From the IMG/VR virus record IMGVR_UViG_3300008117_000025, positions 1 to 64,000 of that record: a stretch of 64,000 nucleotides of DNA; one strand, written 5' to 3'. The position numbers were made by a program, and so were the translations under genes. Every line of letters starts with the position of its first letter. The first letter of the stretch is position 1. Source of the DNA: a virus. The notes under the pieces are model-generated. The model saw only the letters and a list, made by a program, of their open reading frames with translations. It was not told the origin of the DNA and did not search any database. This document shows positions 16,292 to 24,950 of this stretch, piece after piece.

Positions 16292-16615
16292 TCAAAGAAC
16301 TTCTGTTTTCAATTTACGACCTCTTTTCTTACCCTCCAAAATTTTCTTTATTTCAGCACACAATTCATATTCTTCCATTACTATTAAATCATTCATACAA
16401 TTACTAAGTAATTCTTTGTATTGTGATTTATCAATGGTAAACACTAATCCATCTAAATTTTTGAAGGTAATATCAAATATATCTATCTGATCTTTACCTC
16501 GTTTAAAGGCACTTAACACACATTTAGCCATTTTTAAAACAATATCTGGGTCTCTACCTTTGAGTTTAAGGTAAAACTCATCACTGTTTTTTAAATTTAA
16601 ATAATGACATGCCAT
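16292..16615 (-). CDS. Hypothetical protein with UVR (UvrB/C)-like helix
   Basis: Start moved to MACHYL because the longer ORF overlaps the tRNA; EEYELCAEIKKIL motif. Confidence 0.7.
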   Translation of the reverse strand: MACHYLNLKNSDEFYLKLKGRDPDIVLKMAKCVLSAFKRGKDQIDIFDITFKNLDGLVFTIDKSQYKELLSNCMNDLIVMEEYELCAEIKKILEGKKRGRKLKTEVL

Positions 16616-16630
16616 GTCTATAACTATTAG

Positions 16631-16717
16631 TGCCCCCAGCGGGAATCGAACCCGCACTCGCTTTTTCGGCGAACAGGATTTTAAGTCCTGCGTGTCTACC
16701 TATTCCACCACAAGGGC
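16631..16717 (-). tRNA. tRNA-Leu(TAA)
   Basis: D-loop GGTGGAATAGGTAGACAC, anticodon arm CAGGA-CTTAAAA-TCCTG, long variable arm, T-arm GCGGGTTCGATTCCCGC; CCA not encoded. Confidence 0.93.
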
Positions 16718-16863
16718 AAGAGTGGGTCTATTCCCCACAGTCAGAAGAACTTGAAACTTACCTACGCACCAGTGAGGTATTCTTCGTGGTTGTTCACAGA
16801 GCTTGTTCAGCGTGCACCATTCCAAGTTGTCGTGCGTGTCAATTAAGACGTACTGTGTTCAGG

Positions 16864-17020
16864 CTGTAAGGGAAGGAGTCGAACCTTCACGCTGCGATTC
16901 AGTAATGGACAAAATAGCCGGCTTTGTGGTCAACCCATATCTATTTACCTATTTCGTTTTTCAGCGCCCACGAGACGAGTGGGGGTGTCTGCCAGACCTA
17001 GGTCATTTCACCACCTTACA
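16864..17020 (-). ncRNA. Aberrant tRNA-like RNA (157 nt)
   Basis: Perfect acceptor TGTAAGG/CCTTACA and T-arm GAAGG-TTCGACT-CCTTC; hairpin inserted in the D-loop, loop TCGTCTC, ~77-nt variable arm. Confidence 0.7.
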
Positions 17021-17021
17021 A

Positions 17022-17219
17022 TCATTGTTTTCTCTCTTTATATAACCTAATCCATGTCATTGAGACATCGACTGCCATTAAAACGGGAGCCATTACTAGA
17101 ATAGCTAGTGTTTCTAGGGCTGGAGTTGCATAGAGAGGATCGTTATTTTTCTTACTGTAACTATTATACATTTTATAGATACAATAAATAACTGATATTA
17201 TATAAATTGCTAAGATCAT
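17022..17219 (-). CDS. Small membrane protein
   Basis: Two hydrophobic segments. Confidence 0.65.
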   Translation of the reverse strand: MILAIYIISVIYCIYKMYNSYSKKNNDPLYATPALETLAILVMAPVLMAVDVSMTWIRLYKERKQ

Positions 17220-17425
17220 GCTGATAAAATTACTTCTGCGATTTTAGATTCTGAAGCTGCTTTAACTTCAAATTCTTGTTCGCCTTGAGCTGTAAGGTAT
17301 TCTACTATTCTAGCTTCTGCTTCAGTTACTGACATAGCATCTACTAGATAGTTTACACTTTGCTTTTTTAATTTACCATTCACTTCTACTGTGAATTGTA
17401 CTTTAACTTGAAAATATTGTGCCAT
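17216..17425 (-). CDS. DUF4494-like protein (Bacteroidota family)
   Basis: YFQVKV...YLVDAMSVTEAEARI...FEV. Confidence 0.7.
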   Translation of the reverse strand: MAQYFQVKVQFTVEVNGKLKKQSVNYLVDAMSVTEAEARIVEYLTAQGEQEFEVKAASESKIAEVILSA

Positions 17426-17427
17426 TA

Positions 17428-17718
17428 TTATTGTTTTTCGTATGTTGAATAATCATATAAATGAGGTCTGTATTTTAGGAGCGCTTTAGAAAATTTGGAA
17501 CGCTGTCTAAATTGTTCTGGTGTTTCATCTTCACTACGCATTGGTCTCATATTCATAAAATAGTCAATGTCGTCATTAGTTAGTTGGGTTTCATTTGCAA
17601 ACATCATCATCTTAGTAAACCCAAGTGAACCTACTAACTGTACTCCTGCTCTCCAAGCTTGTTTTATTTCTGCTGATAGTTGAAACTCTGAAAATTGTTG
17701 TGCTAATTCGTAACGCAT
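17428..17718 (-). CDS. Hypothetical protein
   Basis: 96-aa ORF with its own promoter. Confidence 0.75.
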   Translation of the reverse strand: MRYELAQQFSEFQLSAEIKQAWRAGVQLVGSLGFTKMMMFANETQLTNDDIDYFMNMRPMRSEDETPEQFRQRSKFSKALLKYRPHLYDYSTYEKQ

Positions 17719-17735
17719 ATTTTTTATTTATAGAT

Positions 17736-17760
17736 TAAATATACAACCTTATTTTGCCTA
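17736..17760 (-). promoter_or_regulatory. Promoter TAGGCA-N11-TATATTTA
   Basis: Variant of the repeated motif. Confidence 0.55.
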
Positions 17761-18360
17761 ATCCAAAAGACCTAATGCTTTCATATTCTCAAGATGAGCC
17801 TCATCTAAGTCCCACTCATGAGCCACTGCTTTAACCTCAGTATTGTCTTCAATATGGCGCACTTGATCTGGGGTAAGTGGGTCAGCAACAAGTAGAAAAT
17901 AATCGTTGTAACACAATAACTCAAGATTATCAAGAAGATAATTATTGCGGTTGCCATCTTTGAAATTTAATAATAGGGGTATTTTATAATCAGTTACTCT
18001 GCGTTCACAGAAGCCACAATGGTAACATTCTTCCTTTAAGTAACCTTCTTTTATTCCTTTAAATTTGATTTTTTCTGGGGTGAAGGATTCCCATCCTGTT
18101 CCGGTTTCAAATATGAGTTTAACATTTGGATCTCGCTTTCGGTTAGGGAGGAATTTTGGGATGCCTTTTCCACTTTGGTTTTTATGAGAGTCAAATAGAG
18201 TAGGCGAATGAGGGTCGGATTCATCTAGTCTAAATAATTTAGCATATGGTTTATAATGTTGATACGAGCAGCCTAAGTAACGAGCAGCAGCACGATTCGA
18301 TTTTGTAAATCGCATTGCGCGCAGAATGTCTTCTCTGCTAAATACTTTTGCTAAAGGCAT
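17758..18360 (-). CDS. HTH plus degenerate HNH-domain protein
   Basis: N-terminal SNRAAARYLGCSY helix pair; CYHCG...LLLNFKDGNRNNYLLDNLELLCYNDY matches the HNH scaffold but lacks the His residues. Confidence 0.65.
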   Translation of the reverse strand: MPLAKVFSREDILRAMRFTKSNRAAARYLGCSYQHYKPYAKLFRLDESDPHSPTLFDSHKNQSGKGIPKFLPNRKRDPNVKLIFETGTGWESFTPEKIKFKGIKEGYLKEECYHCGFCERRVTDYKIPLLLNFKDGNRNNYLLDNLELLCYNDYFLLVADPLTPDQVRHIEDNTEVKAVAHEWDLDEAHLENMKALGLLD

Positions 18361-18363
18361 AAC

Positions 18364-18771
18364 TTATTTTTTCTTTTTATTCCTTAAATGATTAGCCAAA
18401 TTCCAAAGGTCAGTTGGATTTTCAAGTGGAATTGGATGTCCATCTTGATCTAATAATTGATTTACTGACCCATCTGGGTTTAGTCTTTCATATATGTAGA
18501 AGAATATAACTTCACCTGCTTCTCTTCCAAAATGGAGAGTAAATAATCTATCTATAACCTCAAAAAATTTCTCATCGTATTCATAAAGGTCTAACTTTAA
18601 TTCAGTATGAAGTAAATTACCTCGTACTTGTATTTCCTCCATAGCCAGAACTGCTTTTTCAAACATTTCTCTACTAATATCGTCTTCAGTTTTTCTCTTA
18701 CGCTTTAACGTTGTATCAGTACCAATTATACTTTCAATCGACGTTTTTATCCCTTGAGTATGCTCTTCCAT
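18364..18771 (-). CDS. Hypothetical protein
   Basis: 135-aa ORF. Confidence 0.75.
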   Translation of the reverse strand: MEEHTQGIKTSIESIIGTDTTLKRKRKTEDDISREMFEKAVLAMEEIQVRGNLLHTELKLDLYEYDEKFFEVIDRLFTLHFGREAGEVIFFYIYERLNPDGSVNQLLDQDGHPIPLENPTDLWNLANHLRNKKKK

Positions 18772-18773
18772 AA

Positions 18774-19091
18774 CTACAATTTATTGATTAAATCTCTACA
18801 TTCAATACACTTATTATATTCTTCCTTTTCAGCATAATAATCAAGAGCTGTTTCTAGAGATGATTTCCACTTATCTTTTTTTAATTCGATATAGTATTCT
18901 GAATTAGCTACTTCGAATAATGAAATAGATTTTTTATTTTTATTAATTCCCTCTTTAATAGCAACTACAGTTTCGTCTATAACAATTTGGATTATTTCAG
19001 GAGTTTCTGTTAGTATACTATAAGATACTCCTGGTAGCAAACTTACTCTGAATACAGGTATCTTTCGCCTCATTTTTTTAGTTTTAATCAT
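18774..19091 (-). CDS. Hypothetical protein with UVR-like C-terminal helix
   Basis: EEYNKCIECRDLINKL; probable paralogue of 16292..16615. Confidence 0.7.
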   Translation of the reverse strand: MIKTKKMRRKIPVFRVSLLPGVSYSILTETPEIIQIVIDETVVAIKEGINKNKKSISLFEVANSEYYIELKKDKWKSSLETALDYYAEKEEYNKCIECRDLINKL

Positions 19092-19093
19092 AA

Positions 19094-19402
19094 CTACACA
19101 GCAGGAGGAGGAGGTGGTGTTTCAGTACTACCCCCACCACTAATTGCATTTTTAATAAATAATTTAAAATCAGCAATTGGGATTAAGAATCCAATTACAT
19201 TTGAATATGGTACATCTGTATCCTGAGATACAGTTAAATTATATTGGGATAATCCTTGAGTTAATTTAGCTTGTAATTTTTGAGTTGCTTCTGCTTTAGC
19301 ATCACCTTCAATTGCCTGTGGCAATACAAATTGTACTTTGATACCCTTTTTAGTTGGGTTATGATTAACGTCTACTCTTAATTTAGGTTTTACTTCAGCC
19401 AT
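19094..19402 (-). CDS. Hypothetical protein, Pro-rich tail
   Basis: 102-aa ORF. Confidence 0.75.
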   Translation of the reverse strand: MAEVKPKLRVDVNHNPTKKGIKVQFVLPQAIEGDAKAEATQKLQAKLTQGLSQYNLTVSQDTDVPYSNVIGFLIPIADFKLFIKNAISGGGSTETPPPPPAV

Positions 19403-19426
19403 TACAAATATGTTTATGTATAAATA

Positions 19427-19963
19427 TTATAAAATTTCGTTTACTAGCCCATATTTATGTGCTACTTTAACATCAAAATACCATTCTCCTTGCTTATCTT
19501 TAACATCTTTTAACATCTTAGGTGTAAATTTTGTTCTAGATAATAAATAGCTATCACAAATTTTATCGATACGTTCCACTTCTTTTAATTCCTGTTTATG
19601 ATGTACCACTTTACCTTCAACAGGATACCCAGCTTCATGATACATAAACGTAGCATTTTTACTTGCCATTCGTTGGTGTCCAGCCGCGTATATTATTAGA
19701 GCCATGGACATTGCTGAACCATGACATATAGTATAAACTGGAGTCAGCGAATTATCAATTACATCTATTAAGGCAAGCCCGCTATATACTTCTCCTCCAA
19801 ATGAATTGATTATTAGTTTAATTGGTTCTACTTGCGTTTTTTTAGCGTCCTCCTCATTAATTTCATATATTAACTGAATAATATCATTGATTATTTCTGA
19901 ATCAATGTCTCCTAGTGTTAGTGTTCTGCTAAGTTTGGGTTTGTAGTCGGAACGCCTTGCCAT
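19427..19963 (-). CDS. clpP: ClpP-like protease subunit
   Basis: INSFGGEV, GSAMSMA (catalytic Ser), FMYHE (His), KYGLVNEI. Confidence 0.88.
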   Translation of the reverse strand: MARRSDYKPKLSRTLTLGDIDSEIINDIIQLIYEINEEDAKKTQVEPIKLIINSFGGEVYSGLALIDVIDNSLTPVYTICHGSAMSMALIIYAAGHQRMASKNATFMYHEAGYPVEGKVVHHKQELKEVERIDKICDSYLLSRTKFTPKMLKDVKDKQGEWYFDVKVAHKYGLVNEIL

Positions 19964-19994
19964 ATACTCAAGTTTCTCTCATAAATATAAGACT

Positions 19995-20762
19995 CTAAAA
20001 GATTAATTTTGAATTATTAATAGGATTATGTTTAGCATAGGTTCCCCATTTATAATAGAAATATTCATGGCATTGTTGTTCAATTTGTTGATTTTTTACT
20101 GTATCTTCAGGTAATCGTGTTCCTAGTGATACAAAGTGATAGAAATGACAATTGTATGTTCTTAACATTTTCATTCCTACCATTTCACATTTCATAAAAA
20201 ATTCCCAATCTACTACCCAATGCCCTGGGTATGACTCATCCCATCCACCTATTTTTAAGTAGTCTTTTTTAGACATAAAGATAGGGAGTGTTGAGCCTGT
20301 TTCCTCAATTTTATCTTCAATTAGGTTTACTTCATATTTCCAAAATGCTTTTAAATCAAATGTTTTAGGATCACGTCCTAAATCTTTAATATGAAATTGC
20401 CTAAACATACTAGGTGTAGGTTCAATTTGATTTGGAGATATTACTGAATTAGGAGTATACATCTTTGTTAAGTATGTATCCCAATTTGAGGGAAATACAT
20501 TATCATCATTAACAATTAGAATTAATTCATTTGAGGCGTTATAAACTCCTAAATTAGTTGCTCTACACAGTCCTTGATTTTCACCTAAATCGAGTATATC
20601 AATTTTGTCTTTATATTTTTCTAATACCTCTTTATTTAAATCATAATAACCATCTACCACAACAATTATTTGGTTATTATGTATTTGTCCTTCAATAGCA
20701 GATTGAAGGCATAAATCCAATGCTTCTGGTTCTTTATATGCTGGTATTATTACAGATATCAT
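19995..20762 (-). CDS. Glycosyltransferase family 2
   Basis: SVIIPAY, VVVDG, NLG, VNDD, GGWDE. Confidence 0.9.
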   Translation of the reverse strand: MISVIIPAYKEPEALDLCLQSAIEGQIHNNQIIVVVDGYYDLNKEVLEKYKDKIDILDLGENQGLCRATNLGVYNASNELILIVNDDNVFPSNWDTYLTKMYTPNSVISPNQIEPTPSMFRQFHIKDLGRDPKTFDLKAFWKYEVNLIEDKIEETGSTLPIFMSKKDYLKIGGWDESYPGHWVVDWEFFMKCEMVGMKMLRTYNCHFYHFVSLGTRLPEDTVKNQQIEQQCHEYFYYKWGTYAKHNPINNSKLIF

Positions 20763-21426
20763 TCCAATTAGTTAAAGGTGATAACCAAGCTGTTTCTCCA
20801 TGAGTTGAATAACCTGGTATTGGGGTTATTAAGCTACGTCCTTTATCTCGCAACTCCAAAAACATTTGAAAATCATGAGGGTGAGTTGTTGAGGTCCATT
20901 TTCTGAGTATAGGTTCGTCTTCACGAAGTGTTTTTACTTTAGCTGCAAATGTCATTGTTGTTGAATTAGTTAGTTTCCAATGACATGATTCTGATAGAAA
21001 TACTTTAGTATATTCACCTCCTCCCTCTACAAACGGATTAGCTCCGTCCATATACTTATCGGGATGGTCATATAATGCAGTATAATCTGTTCCCATATTG
21101 AAGGCCTCAAGTAATATTTTATCAGATGTAGGTCGATGTAGATAATCGTTTTCAATAAAATAAACTATTTCATCATTATTATAGCTTAAAGCTTCATCTA
21201 ATGCTAAATTAAAAGTCCCAGCTCCGTGACCTACATTTACTTTTATAATATTAGATTGATATTTACTTATTATTTCGTCTGTTAATTCAGAAGTATTATC
21301 AGCAATAACCAACCAATCAGCTTCTTTAAAACATACAGAAGCATTTCTTAAACAATTTTCATTATTGATATAATTAGGTTTTACCTTATTATACCCTGCA
21401 TCTGATATTCTATATATTATTTTCAT
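20734..21426 (-). CDS. GT-A fold glycosyltransferase-like protein
   Basis: VYFIENDYLH (ExD) motif; glycan-locus context. Confidence 0.65.
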   Translation of the reverse strand: MKIIYRISDAGYNKVKPNYINNENCLRNASVCFKEADWLVIADNTSELTDEIISKYQSNIIKVNVGHGAGTFNLALDEALSYNNDEIVYFIENDYLHRPTSDKILLEAFNMGTDYTALYDHPDKYMDGANPFVEGGGEYTKVFLSESCHWKLTNSTTMTFAAKVKTLREDEPILRKWTSTTHPHDFQMFLELRDKGRSLITPIPGYSTHGETAWLSPLTNWNDICNNTSI

Positions 21427-22130
21427 TATTTTATTATATAACAACCTGGTGGGAATCCTGAATTATCTAGTGTATGGGTTTTATTAAGGTCTAATTTTTC
21501 ATTAGTTACTGGGTGTAGGATAAATTCAGGTAGGTTTTTTTCTTTGAAAAAATATTTAATTGCATCTAAAGTTTCATATAAACAAGAATCATCAAATATT
21601 ATATATCCCCCTGGTTGGACTTTATTGTATAATTCTTCTAGTACTTCTAAGGTAGCAGAATAAGCATCTACATCTATTCGTAATAGGGCTACTTTTTCAA
21701 TTCCAGATGTAGGTAAAGTATCTTTTACAAATCCTTTTAAAAACTTAATTCGGTCTTGATCTCCTAACCCATAATGTTCAAAATGGGATTTTACTTCTTC
21801 TAAACTAATAGCAAGGGGCCCAATTGCATTATATGTAAATAGAGGAGTATGTCTTTCTTTTTCATATTGGTGTTTAGCTCCTTCTAAAGGCTGAAATCCT
21901 TGAAATGAATCACTCACCCAGATATTTTTATCTGAGAATACGTGGCTTAAAAATATACTAAAACCTCCTCTCCAGCATCCACATTCAACAACATCCCCAT
22001 CTATATTAGATATATTTTCATAATTATTAAGTATAGTGTTAAACTCATTTAAACTAACCATTGTGATTTTATTACCAATAATATCCTGGATTAGTTCTTC
22101 ATAAGTAGTGATAGATTCTGTTGATTTCAT
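21426..22130 (-). CDS. TylF/MycF/NovP-family sugar O-methyltransferase
   Basis: GDVVECGCWRGG, SDSFQG, KGFVKDTLP, LRIDVDAY, PGGYIIFDD. Confidence 0.9.
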   Translation of the reverse strand: MKSTESITTYEELIQDIIGNKITMVSLNEFNTILNNYENISNIDGDVVECGCWRGGFSIFLSHVFSDKNIWVSDSFQGFQPLEGAKHQYEKERHTPLFTYNAIGPLAISLEEVKSHFEHYGLGDQDRIKFLKGFVKDTLPTSGIEKVALLRIDVDAYSATLEVLEELYNKVQPGGYIIFDDSCLYETLDAIKYFFKEKNLPEFILHPVTNEKLDLNKTHTLDNSGFPPGCYIIK

Positions 22131-23023
22131 ATTGTTTTATTATTTATAAGGTAATTAATACGTTTACTAATATATTGGGAAGTTTTTTCTCTAAAATTTT
22201 CTCTTTGAGAGGGAATATCGTTTAATATTATATGGTTTTTATAGAAAGAGGTATAATCCATTTTACCATGCTCATATATTGTTTGTCCTTCTAAAACATA
22301 CTGTTGATAATCCAATCCTTTACTTCTACATATATCAGCAACAGTCATAGAATATAAATCCCACCCTCCATATCCACTCCAGTCATTCTCAACCGGGGCT
22401 ATATCATTATAAAAGGATTTATTATATAAATCAAACCACCCAGCATATTTACTATGTTGAAGAGGTCTTAAAGTAACCTCCTGAGTTGAATTTGCTTGGT
22501 TAAATGCAATGCGAAATATATCTTGTTCAGTATATTGATTATAGGGAACATCATGATAAATTGGGTTGACAAGTGGATCCCAAGTACTATCCCATAGTTT
22601 AGCTATTTGGGGAGTAATAGTAAAATATTTATTTGGAATTTGTTTTGATGCTTCAATTAAGTAATATAATGCCTGTTCACTGAACCAAATATCGGGGCAT
22701 ATACTAATATACCCATCTGTATTATTATCAATTGATTCTTTTTCTAAATCAAGATGACCATATAATTGATCTCCACTATATATTTTTGAATTATGTGTAA
22801 TTTTTTTAGCTAATATTTTTTCTAAATCTTTATACTTATCTATAAAGAATTCTTTAGATAATTTAGATTCATCCCAATTAATAATATAACTAGATAAATT
22901 TAAACATGAATCTAATACAATATCATCTTTAATATAAGGAAGTGATTTAGCTATTCGATCATATGTTAATAAAGCCAAATCAATCTCCCAGGGCATTATG
23001 TGATATCTTATTTTATAAATCAT
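22127..23023 (-). CDS. Putative glycosyltransferase-like protein
   Basis: ICPDIWF, GYGGWD motifs; locus context. Confidence 0.5.
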   Translation of the reverse strand: MIYKIRYHIMPWEIDLALLTYDRIAKSLPYIKDDIVLDSCLNLSSYIINWDESKLSKEFFIDKYKDLEKILAKKITHNSKIYSGDQLYGHLDLEKESIDNNTDGYISICPDIWFSEQALYYLIEASKQIPNKYFTITPQIAKLWDSTWDPLVNPIYHDVPYNQYTEQDIFRIAFNQANSTQEVTLRPLQHSKYAGWFDLYNKSFYNDIAPVENDWSGYGGWDLYSMTVADICRSKGLDYQQYVLEGQTIYEHGKMDYTSFYKNHIILNDIPSQRENFREKTSQYISKRINYLINNKTI

Positions 23024-23784
23024 TTTAATTTATTATAAATTTCTACAATTCCTTGCTCTAATCCAATATAAGGTAAATTAATGGGTTTTTCGGCCCCTAT
23101 ATAAGATTCCCCATATTCTTGCATTATATGAATTGGCACTTCATAATCAGATAAAGTATTTATTTTTTCTACTATATTTTTTAGAGTAACAGCAATTGAG
23201 TATCTACATTCAGTTTCCTTTGGAGGGTTGGACTCATTAATATAGTATTCTACTATTTGAATAAAATCAGGCATATATATAAAATCCATATATTTGTTTT
23301 GATATATTATTATAGGTTCTTTATTTATATATCTATTAATACTTGCTTTAATAAATCTAGTATCTAATTCATTTTCATCAAACACACCAAATATTCTTAT
23401 ATTATAAAAATTAGGTATATTAGTTATGGAGTTCCTAATAACCAGTTTACTCAAACCATAAGGAGTATCAGGGAAATATATTTCAGCTCCAGAACCAAAA
23501 TGAATAAGTTTATTAAAATGATTTTGATTTGATAATAGATTATAATACATTTTTAAATTATCATCCATTATACCCCAATTTGTATCTTTTGGATTAGTTA
23601 TTCCGGAAGCAGCACAGTGTATTACAACATCAAACCAAGTATCTAAAAAATAAAAATCAACATCTTCAGAATTAGTTAAATCACATTTATTTCTAGTAAT
23701 AGTAGCTACTTCATACTTATCTTTTAAAGCATTATATAGCGATTTGCCTATATAACCGTTAGTTCCTGTAATTAGAATTTTCAT
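23020..23784 (-). CDS. NAD-dependent epimerase/reductase (extended SDR)
   Basis: ITGTNGYIG, VIHCAA, YGLSK (YxxxK). Confidence 0.88.
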   Translation of the reverse strand: MKILITGTNGYIGKSLYNALKDKYEVATITRNKCDLTNSEDVDFYFLDTWFDVVIHCAASGITNPKDTNWGIMDDNLKMYYNLLSNQNHFNKLIHFGSGAEIYFPDTPYGLSKLVIRNSITNIPNFYNIRIFGVFDENELDTRFIKASINRYINKEPIIIYQNKYMDFIYMPDFIQIVEYYINESNPPKETECRYSIAVTLKNIVEKINTLSDYEVPIHIMQEYGESYIGAEKPINLPYIGLEQGIVEIYNKLK

Positions 23785-24317
23785 TTTGTCTTAGAATAAT
23801 CCGCAAACTCAACTAATATAGTGCTAACTCCATCTTCACGACCTAATGCTTTTTCATAAGCAGGCATTATTTCTTCTGGTTCATTTAATTCAATTACTTC
23901 TATATTCTTAAGCATGGAACGAAATGCATCTGAGAAATTACCTTTATGTTGACATTGGGGGTCTACTGGGTGTTCACTTCCAACGGCTACTCTAATAATA
24001 ACTTTAGGGGTACATTTACCATTAGACATAGTTATAAACTTATCTAAATGATTTACTATTTGATCTGTTCCCATTAATATAAAATTCCATCTAGGATATG
24101 TTGATACGGGGATCATACCTTCAATAGCCATTCCGTTTGCTAGTCCTGATTGTAGATATTCAGCTACAGGGAGTTCTATTTTTTTATTATCAGGAAGGTG
24201 TTTTAATGAATCATATAGTCCTGTTCCTTCATATTCTACTGCTTGTCCTATAAACATTGTTTTAGGATGCTCAGCTAGAAAACTCATTGCTCGTTTTAAT
24301 TCTTCAAAATATTTCAT
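23781..24317 (-). CDS. TPP-dependent enzyme, beta (transketolase pyrimidine-binding) subunit
   Basis: IELPVAEYLQSGLANGMAIEG, QIVNHLDK, PQHKG-like motif. Confidence 0.85.
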   Translation of the reverse strand: MKYFEELKRAMSFLAEHPKTMFIGQAVEYEGTGLYDSLKHLPDNKKIELPVAEYLQSGLANGMAIEGMIPVSTYPRWNFILMGTDQIVNHLDKFITMSNGKCTPKVIIRVAVGSEHPVDPQCQHKGNFSDAFRSMLKNIEVIELNEPEEIMPAYEKALGREDGVSTILVEFADYSKTK

Positions 24318-24320
24318 ATA

Positions 24321-24950
24321 TTAAAATTGAACCCTCACACCAGCACCAGCATGGGGGTATTTTTCATTATTGTATTGATAGTAATATAAGTTCTTTTGTT
24401 TGAGTATCCCACCTTTATATTCGGTTTCTAAATAATAAGGTTTATTTCTATTCCAAATATCTGGGGTTGGGGTGCAAACTGATTTTTTATTATCTTCAAC
24501 AATGAATGTAATAGGTAAATTGTGGTTTAGACTGTATTTATAAGCCTCATGGAATGCTCCAGTTTCAGCACTCATATCTCCAACCCAACACCATACTCTG
24601 TTTGACTTACCTTGCAATTTAAGAGCAAATGCAATTCCAGCTGCAATTGAAGGGATACCACCAACAATTGAACTGCAAATGAATTTATATTCAGGTAAGT
24701 TCATAACCATAGACTTACCATTCATTATATTTTCTCTTATTATTTCTTTAGGAATGCCTTTAAGTAATCCTTGGTAGTGGTTTCTCCAAGTACAACACAC
24801 CCAATCATTTTCAATATCAATTTCTTTAAATACTTCTATTATTGATTCTTCATTCCCCGAATACAAATGAATAGGTGCTTTAATACTACCTGCATTAAAT
24901 GTATCTCCTATTTCTGTTTCAAAGGATATTAATTCTTCCTTGGTTACCAT
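24321..24950 (-). CDS. TPP-dependent enzyme, alpha (E1-like) subunit
   Basis: PIHLYSGNE, WRNHY, SSIVGG, VGDMSAE...IVEDN TPP-binding motif. Confidence 0.85.
   Translation of the reverse strand: MVTKEELISFETEIGDTFNAGSIKAPIHLYSGNEESIIEVFKEIDIENDWVCCTWRNHYQGLLKGIPKEIIRENIMNGKSMVMNLPEYKFICSSIVGGIPSIAAGIAFALKLQGKSNRVWCWVGDMSAETGAFHEAYKYSLNHNLPITFIVEDNKKSVCTPTPDIWNRNKPYYLETEYKGGILKQKNLYYYQYNNEKYPHAGAGVRVQF

Noticed and set aside
15742-17045. Plus-strand ORFs 15742..15924, 16183..16407, 16630..16869 and 16803..17045
   Set aside because: They are antisense to tmRNA/tRNA genes and have no coding features
17758-18360. Active homing endonuclease or mobile element
   Set aside because: The catalytic His residues are missing and there is no intron or intein context
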